Part shown: one piece after another, positions 27,201 to 32,000 of the stretch
Layout: the number at the start of each line of letters is the position of its first letter
Position numbering within the stretch: position 1 is the first letter of the stretch
Source: Deinococcus sp. LM3
GTDB lineage: Bacteria; Deinococcota; Deinococci; Deinococcales; Deinococcaceae
DNA length: 32,000 nt
Direction of reading: 5' to 3'
NCBI RefSeq assembly: GCF_002017875.1
Contig: NZ_MUFV01000005.1
Coordinates: 75,437-107,436, forward strand
Position numbers and translations under genes: made by a program
The notes under the pieces: generated by a model
The model's input: only the letters and a program-made list of their open reading frames with translations
Told to the model about the DNA's origin: nothing
Database searches by the model: none

Positions 27201-29538
27201 CAAAGATGATGTCGCGGTTGAGCACCCGGCCGTCTTGGCCACCGCCGCTGAACACTGGATGGTCTGCCGAGGTTAGTGCCGTTGGCGCGGCGCCCACCCG
27301 AGTACGGCCTTCGTTGAACTGATGTGGATCCTGCGCTTCAAAGTACCAGTACTCCCCGTCCCGGAAAGCGGCACTGGCCTGCACGTCACCGGCAGGGGTC
27401 CTGAGACGAAGTGCTGCCAGATTCAACCGGCTCTCCGCGTCTCGGAACTCCACTGTCAGCTTCTTCAATTTCGAGATGCTGTCCTGGAAGATCAAGGTCC
27501 GGTGCTTGGCCGGCGTCTGTCCCTCGGCCGGACGGCGCACCATGTTGTGCGCGATGGTCATGATGGTCTGAATAGCCGCTGACGCGTCTCCAATCACTTT
27601 GCCGCGCGAGAACGATTCCGGACGAATAAACAGAAAGTAGTCGCGGCCCTGCGCAGGATCGTAATCCTCCGGTTGCGGTTCGATGGCGCTCACGCGGTAT
27701 TCCGGCACCCCGGTCAGCTTCGACCAGAACTGGCCAGGGCGACCAATCGTTGCACTCATACCGATCAGCAGGGGCGTCCTCCAGGTGGTAGCCTCATCCG
27801 CCGTGCCGCGGGCATAGCCGTACATGGCATTGTCAATTCGGTATTTCAGTCGGCGCAGCAAAGCCGCGATCTGCGATCCATGAATACCGCTGTACAGGTG
27901 AATTTCGTCCATTACGACTGCGCGCGGCGGGTGAAACGCCGGCCGCTCAGACCACTGGCGCGGCAATCCGAACACGCCTAACGCTTTCGGGTCCATCATC
28001 CAGCGGTGCAGCATCTCCGTCGTGATGATCAGTAGGTCAGGCGGCGCCTGCAGCACTGACTCCCGGGTGGCCTGGAACGTGTCGAGTTGCCAGCCCCCCA
28101 CGTCGAACCCTCCGTCTGAGGTCAAGGTGGCGCGGCCATCGGCCTGCACCTGCGCCAGCACTGGGGAACCGCCTGAGCCTGTGAAGTACGGCACCACATG
28201 CCGTTGCCCGTCCTCACTTCGGTCCCAGTGCCACTTGCGCTCGTTGTTCGGACCGCTGCCCTGCAGATCTCCCAGGGTCCCCGGCGTGTTGCCGAACACC
28301 ATTCCCACACTCAATGGCCGCAGGCCCAGGCCCTGGCCGGCCGGTCCGCGCATGGCACGATTGACGTGCGCCACATACTCACACAAGCGCTCCAACTGGT
28401 TCTTGGCGAGGTTCTGACGGGGGTAGACCAGCATGACTTTGACGCCCCGACGGTCATCCCGGATGATTTCCTCCAGCAGACCCGTGAGCAAGGGCAGCAG
28501 GGCCGCCTCCGTCTTGCCACTGCCGGTGTTTCCCGTGATGACGAACGCCCCACCGGTCTGCGTGAAGTAAGCGTCGGTCAGTTCCGTGAAGCTGCGCGCC
28601 TGAACGTTCGTGACGTCCACCTGGTCCAGAGGACGCCCCAGCGCACTCGAAAAGCCTTCCCCCAGCAGGCGTGTGGCTGCCCGCACCTTCCGTCCACGGT
28701 GGGTGCCCTGCACTCCGTCCAGCACCTCGCGGAAGCGCGTCTCCCGCCGGAGCCGTTCGCGGTCCTTAAACCGCACGCGCAGGCTCTGCACCAGATAAGG
28801 GGCTTGCGCTTCGTCCCCGTCCCGGAAGCGCTGCTTCACATTCTTCAGCAGGCGCACCATTTCACTGATGCGCGACCGGTATAGTCCGCTCCTGGGTTCT
28901 ACCACGTACCGTTTGGCCACTAGGGAGGCCAGCAGGCCTGGAATCGCCGAATCACCCAACTGGGCCCGCACTTCCTCACTCTGAGCTACCTCCTGAGCGG
29001 TGGTATACGTCTCATAAAGCCCAAAATTGATGCGCCGCTCCTCGATATTTTCCAGTGCGTTCAGCACCCTCACTTCATCAGCGGTCAACCCTTTCCCGGA
29101 TGCGCCCGTGGCGGGCACCTCCTCCCCTAAGGCCTGAACCTGCCGTACTCCCGGAGCCGCGGTGGAGGGAGCCGCCCCAGCGCCCAACCGCACTTCCCCT
29201 TTGGCTTCGTGGATCTGCCCTGAGGCGTGCAGAGGAAGCAGGACCGCCAGGAGAGCGTCCCGGGTATACACCCGGTCAAGGAGGCCACGGTTCACCGGAA
29301 GCAGGGTGAGGACGTTCGCTTCATTGAGTTTCAGGCGGACACTCGGAGAGAAGCCCTTCAACGTCTTCTGGTCATACCCTTCTAACAGCGGATCATCCGC
29401 CAGTTCAGTTCGCAAAGCGTGTACAGCAAGACCAGTTAATCTCGCCGCCTCAGACAGGAAAATCGAGCGGAACTTGGCGTCCCGGATGGCAGTAGCAAGC
29501 ATGTGACGAGACGCATCAGTAAGCACAAAAGACCTCAA
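24202..29538 (-). CDS. 1778-aa DEAD/DEAH-like SF2 helicase with long C-terminal extension (DpdJ / DrmA-DrmB fusion / DruE-like)
   Basis: AFVITGNTGSGKTEAALLPLL, VVMDEIHLYSG, LLIGMSATIGR, IIFATTSLEVGYDD, FVQKKGRAGRD. Cys-rich C-term CVDACPACLAGSC. Confidence 0.85.
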   Translation of the reverse strand: MRSFVLTDASRHMLATAIRDAKFRSIFLSEAARLTGLAVHALRTELADDPLLEGYDQKTLKGFSPSVRLKLNEANVLTLLPVNRGLLDRVYTRDALLAVLLPLHASGQIHEAKGEVRLGAGAAPSTAAPGVRQVQALGEEVPATGASGKGLTADEVRVLNALENIEERRINFGLYETYTTAQEVAQSEEVRAQLGDSAIPGLLASLVAKRYVVEPRSGLYRSRISEMVRLLKNVKQRFRDGDEAQAPYLVQSLRVRFKDRERLRRETRFREVLDGVQGTHRGRKVRAATRLLGEGFSSALGRPLDQVDVTNVQARSFTELTDAYFTQTGGAFVITGNTGSGKTEAALLPLLTGLLEEIIRDDRRGVKVMLVYPRQNLAKNQLERLCEYVAHVNRAMRGPAGQGLGLRPLSVGMVFGNTPGTLGDLQGSGPNNERKWHWDRSEDGQRHVVPYFTGSGGSPVLAQVQADGRATLTSDGGFDVGGWQLDTFQATRESVLQAPPDLLIITTEMLHRWMMDPKALGVFGLPRQWSERPAFHPPRAVVMDEIHLYSGIHGSQIAALLRRLKYRIDNAMYGYARGTADEATTWRTPLLIGMSATIGRPGQFWSKLTGVPEYRVSAIEPQPEDYDPAQGRDYFLFIRPESFSRGKVIGDASAAIQTIMTIAHNMVRRPAEGQTPAKHRTLIFQDSISKLKKLTVEFRDAESRLNLAALRLRTPAGDVQASAAFRDGEYWYFEAQDPHQFNEGRTRVGAAPTALTSADHPVFSGGGQDGRVLNRDIIFATTSLEVGYDDPSIQFVMQHHAPSNIASFVQKKGRAGRDLSDRPITAVTLSRSSYRDAFYFQNPEALTDPADYEPALNPENDFIQRFHAVALLFDELTQRTGRLWYALPVGTPLQNHLDAIFGELTRLDARYPFITNGYERVIAATLRQQEGYRTWQALWEWFQATLLDPEVRHRADRPTRTRPVSLLQLCPDIPENLFSSVNLPVVQVMVPPPRADMDWNFVKEDVALTFSEFGAGRVTRRYGTSHLLHWRSPTVRVNGVIVQNAMAMERYKKREGGGYGPFKPALIKDLPTASGLGDAFEQYMPLGVRRLYGEMPKRFYRLRYLELWSFGRLDPNNPKSPVQGAQAYGRKRPDGSVELRQLREEATAQAQQALLEDGWRVVSPDSNSYPLSFSAVHPLGEARLRVPVPPLFGSLVQPLEYYYGEQDGQRSRLAAWEVQYGAEATIVLHKRHPQGEDPQAGRGHNLVRYVSEHDGEPLLYGYDLCTEGLRVPYDPQVLSQAVQAIAQQQWADVRTQVHLQDQFLRYLLKSEPWAEGVEDGLNTFTQRRMADVLCTMRAEARAQGQSGPEFLAALRDPDGWQTLVRGAQRYWADHRTLHPDFLEQARVTWQDDRAYEKLRRLFARIQNKAQVSAYVRDTLVHSLKHAVRNMFMMQGSADHHQIGSGTQLHITHGHDPQDHAFYVYERNQDGAGSTRAAARVMGEHPAGERTGHHVTAWWRYTLECPVAEEQQFVKAVLAPNRRTPIAHEVQVLLALPAHERKDDGLRRALVQATDGLLRDDSPELMHLATVLTSEVHVNGERFAHLDVLLELLDLESELSARFHRTPLPQELAGYALTLLKEDRNLPHLKRLLQVYRTHFQQVLVEEEGEEEMTADDRFLAQVESWSLSTCVDACPACLAGSCDQGHIDVTRHNVSRTLLKRAHEVLTAPITVRGEDLDVAEVVRLADTHGGFVLHEHQGHLSDQLVRAFARAGLQQQGRVFDPEHLTLRTVLYRQEAL

Positions 29539-29575
29539 CAGCGAAAGAAATGAGTGAGAACGGCAGCTTCGCGGT

Positions 29576-30280
29576 TTATTGCAGGCGAACCGTGAAGGCT
29601 GGCAGGAACCCGTGCTCCTGAAGCCAAGCCCACACCTCTGGGGTGAGGGCCGCGAGGTTGGCCTGGCCTTGAACCACGGCCTGTAAAAACGTCACCACGC
29701 CGGGCGGCAGGTGGGTGCCCACCAGGTCGGCTCCCAACCGGTCATACTCTGTAGCCAAGCCTTTGGCTTTGTGCGCCTGTTCCGCTGTGACCGGGAAAGT
29801 GCGCCGGAGTTGATCGTGCAGTTGGTACACCTGCCGCAGGGCGCTCGCCGCCGGCGCCAGGCCCGCCTGGCGCTCAAATACCGCCAGGACTGGCGCCGGT
29901 ACCGGCGGTTCGATGCTGGCGAGGTAGGTCTCCCAGGCCTCGCGGGCCGCGAAGGTCAAGTCGTCACTGGCCTTCTTGACGTTCCGCAGGGCCACCGAAA
30001 AATCGTTCTTAATCAGCGTTCCTGCGTCGACCTGCGCGCCTCTATGAACGAAAGCCACATTCCGCAACGCCGCGTCAACACTGGCTGGTAACGCCTCATT
30101 CGCCACCAGGCCGGCGGCCCGGAGCGTGCTCCACGCGAGTGAAGCGCCCTGCACCTGCCCCTTGACCGCCTGGAGTTGCTCCTGACGCGTCGTGTATTGC
30201 CGGATGCTCTCCTGCACGTCCGTGAGCTTGTGCAGGTCTTCGGCACTTTCCTTGAGCGCCTGGGCACGTTCCAACATCAT
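29576..30280 (-). CDS. hypothetical, alpha-helical/coiled-coil-like protein
   Basis: 234-aa ORF in the same operon, overlapping the upstream gene stop. Confidence 0.65.
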   Translation of the reverse strand: MMLERAQALKESAEDLHKLTDVQESIRQYTTRQEQLQAVKGQVQGASLAWSTLRAAGLVANEALPASVDAALRNVAFVHRGAQVDAGTLIKNDFSVALRNVKKASDDLTFAAREAWETYLASIEPPVPAPVLAVFERQAGLAPAASALRQVYQLHDQLRRTFPVTAEQAHKAKGLATEYDRLGADLVGTHLPPGVVTFLQAVVQGQANLAALTPEVWAWLQEHGFLPAFTVRLQ

Positions 30281-32000
30281 GCGGGTTCTCCTTGGGTTTG
30301 AACGCCCGACAAGGTCTCTTCGATGGACCGCAGGTCTTTCAATAAGATCTGCGCCACTTGAACCGCGCTGGCGTCCGGGGTGGCGATGGACGCGCGCTGA
30401 CGGGCGTACCGCAGGCTGTCATCCAGGACCTGGTTCAACTGCTTGACCACCTCTTCACTGCGCGCCGCGTCAGCCCAGGCAAAACTGGCCGCCGTGGTAA
30501 GGCGCCGCTCCAGGTCGGCGGCGTCGACGAGGCGCCGCGCGGCCTTGAGCAGACTGAGCAGGGGCAGGCGGTTAAACTGGCGCAGCAGTTGTGCCACCCC
30601 TTCTGGCGCCATGCTGCGCGGCAGTTGCAGCACGCCCGCTTCGCCCGCCGCGCGGAACGCTTCGTTCAAGGCAACAGCCGTCTCACTCAGTTGGTCGGCG
30701 CTGCCCAGGATCGATAGCACCTCCTGTTGCCAGCGGTCCGCTTCTTGCTGCGCCGAGACGCTGGCCGCCCGCCAGGCTTCAAACAGAGTGTTCCGGTCCT
30801 CGGCCAGGCCCAGCCGGTCATGCTCGGGAGGCTGCGCCCGAACAGCCGCCTGTTTTGCCGTGCTTTCAATCTGTTGTAGCAGCAGGGCCGCGTTGACCAG
30901 CCGCGCGGCGCCCCCTTTGCGGACGCCAGCAAATACCAGCAGTTGCCGGGCGGCTTTCGGATGCAGTCGGCGCACCTGTTCAAGTTGACGGCGCCAATCC
31001 AATGGCGCTTCAGCCGGCACTTCCGGCACAGTCTGCAGCATCGCGCCTATGACCCTCGGGTCTCGGTCTCCCACTTTGATGCGGCCAAGCGCGACGGCGC
31101 TCCAGTACAGCGTTTCGACGGCCACTGGCAGCACCGACGGGCGCGGACCAGTGGGGGACAATTCCACCCGGACGTACTGCGTCCACAGTTCCACTGCTTC
31201 CCGGAATCGCCACGCTGCATCGGGAATCTCGCTCGGCCACCGTCCCGTCTCCTTGAAGGTGTAATACGCACCCAGCGCCACCGCCACGTCCACCGGGCTC
31301 TGGCCTGGCAGGGGCAGGTTGAGCCGAACCGCTTCACGGCCCAGATTGAAGTTGTTCGTCTGCCCTTCGAAATAGATGCTCTCGGCAGACCACACACCAT
31401 CGTCTTTCAGCGCAACCTCATGCAGGTTCTCCGCTTCGAAAACGGCAAAATCACTGATTGCCTCATGAGCGAGTCGGCGCAGCTCCCGGGTGTGGGTTTG
31501 CGTAAGCGGCCGTCCACTCGCCCAGTTCTGCAGCGCCTGCAACAACGCAGGTGTGGCCGCTTTCTTTCGCTTTTTGTCGTCCGGGTCATCGGGCGTTCCT
31601 ATAAGCGGGCCGTCAAGCAGTGGCGGCGCCTCCCCTACCTGGGGAATCTGGAATGCGGCGTGCAGGCCTTCGGGTAGATTCTGCAACCGGGGCGGCACAG
31701 GACCCCACAGCCGCATCACCGCTTCGATACGGTCGGCTTCCTCGGCGTCGATTTGCAACTCTTCCAGGCGGGCTTTGTCGCCCAGAGGCAGTGACGCTAC
31801 GGTGACAGCCTTGCCATAGGTGTCTTGCACAGCCGGTGAAGGGAAGGCCGCATCTGGCAGTCGCTCCTGGGCGTCGCGCAACACATCACGCATGCCGCGC
31901 AGGAGGCCGCGGGGATTGAAGCCTTCCGGATTTTCGTGGTCCCCCACGATGTCAATCAGCCGGTTGTTAAACGGATACAGGCCTACCGGTCCCTCAGTTC
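30277..32000 (-). CDS. partial large protein, probable ATPase C-terminal region plus helical tail
   Basis: The called GTG start at 31947 is probably internal. The frame stays open to the window edge (TEGPVGLYPFNNRLIDIVGDHENPEGFNPRGLLRGMRDVL...), resembling the GLYPFSPTMLDRL...RQTPRNLLDAV segment of the DpdH-like ATPase at 10.5 kb. Confidence 0.65.
   Translation of the reverse strand, partial: TEGPVGLYPFNNRLIDIVGDHENPEGFNPRGLLRGMRDVLRDAQERLPDAAFPSPAVQDTYGKAVTVASLPLGDKARLEELQIDAEEADRIEAVMRLWGPVPPRLQNLPEGLHAAFQIPQVGEAPPLLDGPLIGTPDDPDDKKRKKAATPALLQALQNWASGRPLTQTHTRELRRLAHEAISDFAVFEAENLHEVALKDDGVWSAESIYFEGQTNNFNLGREAVRLNLPLPGQSPVDVAVALGAYYTFKETGRWPSEIPDAAWRFREAVELWTQYVRVELSPTGPRPSVLPVAVETLYWSAVALGRIKVGDRDPRVIGAMLQTVPEVPAEAPLDWRRQLEQVRRLHPKAARQLLVFAGVRKGGAARLVNAALLLQQIESTAKQAAVRAQPPEHDRLGLAEDRNTLFEAWRAASVSAQQEADRWQQEVLSILGSADQLSETAVALNEAFRAAGEAGVLQLPRSMAPEGVAQLLRQFNRLPLLSLLKAARRLVDAADLERRLTTAASFAWADAARSEEVVKQLNQVLDDSLRYARQRASIATPDASAVQVAQILLKDLRSIEETLSGVQTQGEPA

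Noticed and set aside
1-32000. CRISPR arrays or tRNA/rRNA genes
   Set aside because: No regularly spaced short direct repeats with unique spacers, and no cloverleaf or rRNA-like sequence recognised by eye.
20744-32000. Firm call as DISARM or Druantia
   Set aside because: No methyltransferase, no separate DrmA and DrmB, and the ATPase end is cut off. Only similarity in style can be claimed without profile searches.

Overview
The window looks like plasmid or genomic-island DNA from a high-GC bacterium; the style suggests Deinococcus, but this is inferred, not proven. Left part: two hypothetical genes, a possible replication-associated gene, a mostly non-coding stretch of about 2 kb with a 385-bp-spaced direct repeat, an AbiE-like HTH/nucleotidyltransferase pair behind a perfect 31-bp palindrome, and a ParA plus ribbon-helix-helix partition pair preceded by a 12-bp-phased motif array. 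Centre (8.5-19.7 kb): a dpd-like 7-deazaguanine DNA-modification/defence island. It has an XRE regulator, a perfect 36-bp palindromic divergent promoter, a compact TGT-like protein, a DpdG-position protein, a DpdH-like ATPase, a DUF6884/YaaA-like + TGT fusion (DpdA-like), QueC, QueE, QueD, a YhhQ/QueT transporter, and a third TGT-like protein without the zinc-ligand motif. Right part (20.7-32 kb): a minus-strand operon encoding an ATPase C-terminus (runs off the window), a coiled-coil-like protein, a 1778-aa helicase (DpdJ / DrmA-DrmB / DruE style), a PLD protein (DpdK/DrmC style), a RelE-like + UvrD-like helicase fusion and a small protein. This could be the restriction arm of the same island or a second defence system. 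A roughly 135-bp structured repeat occurs in inverted orientation at about 1.98 and 20.08 kb. All family calls rest on motif reading and gene context; no database search was run.
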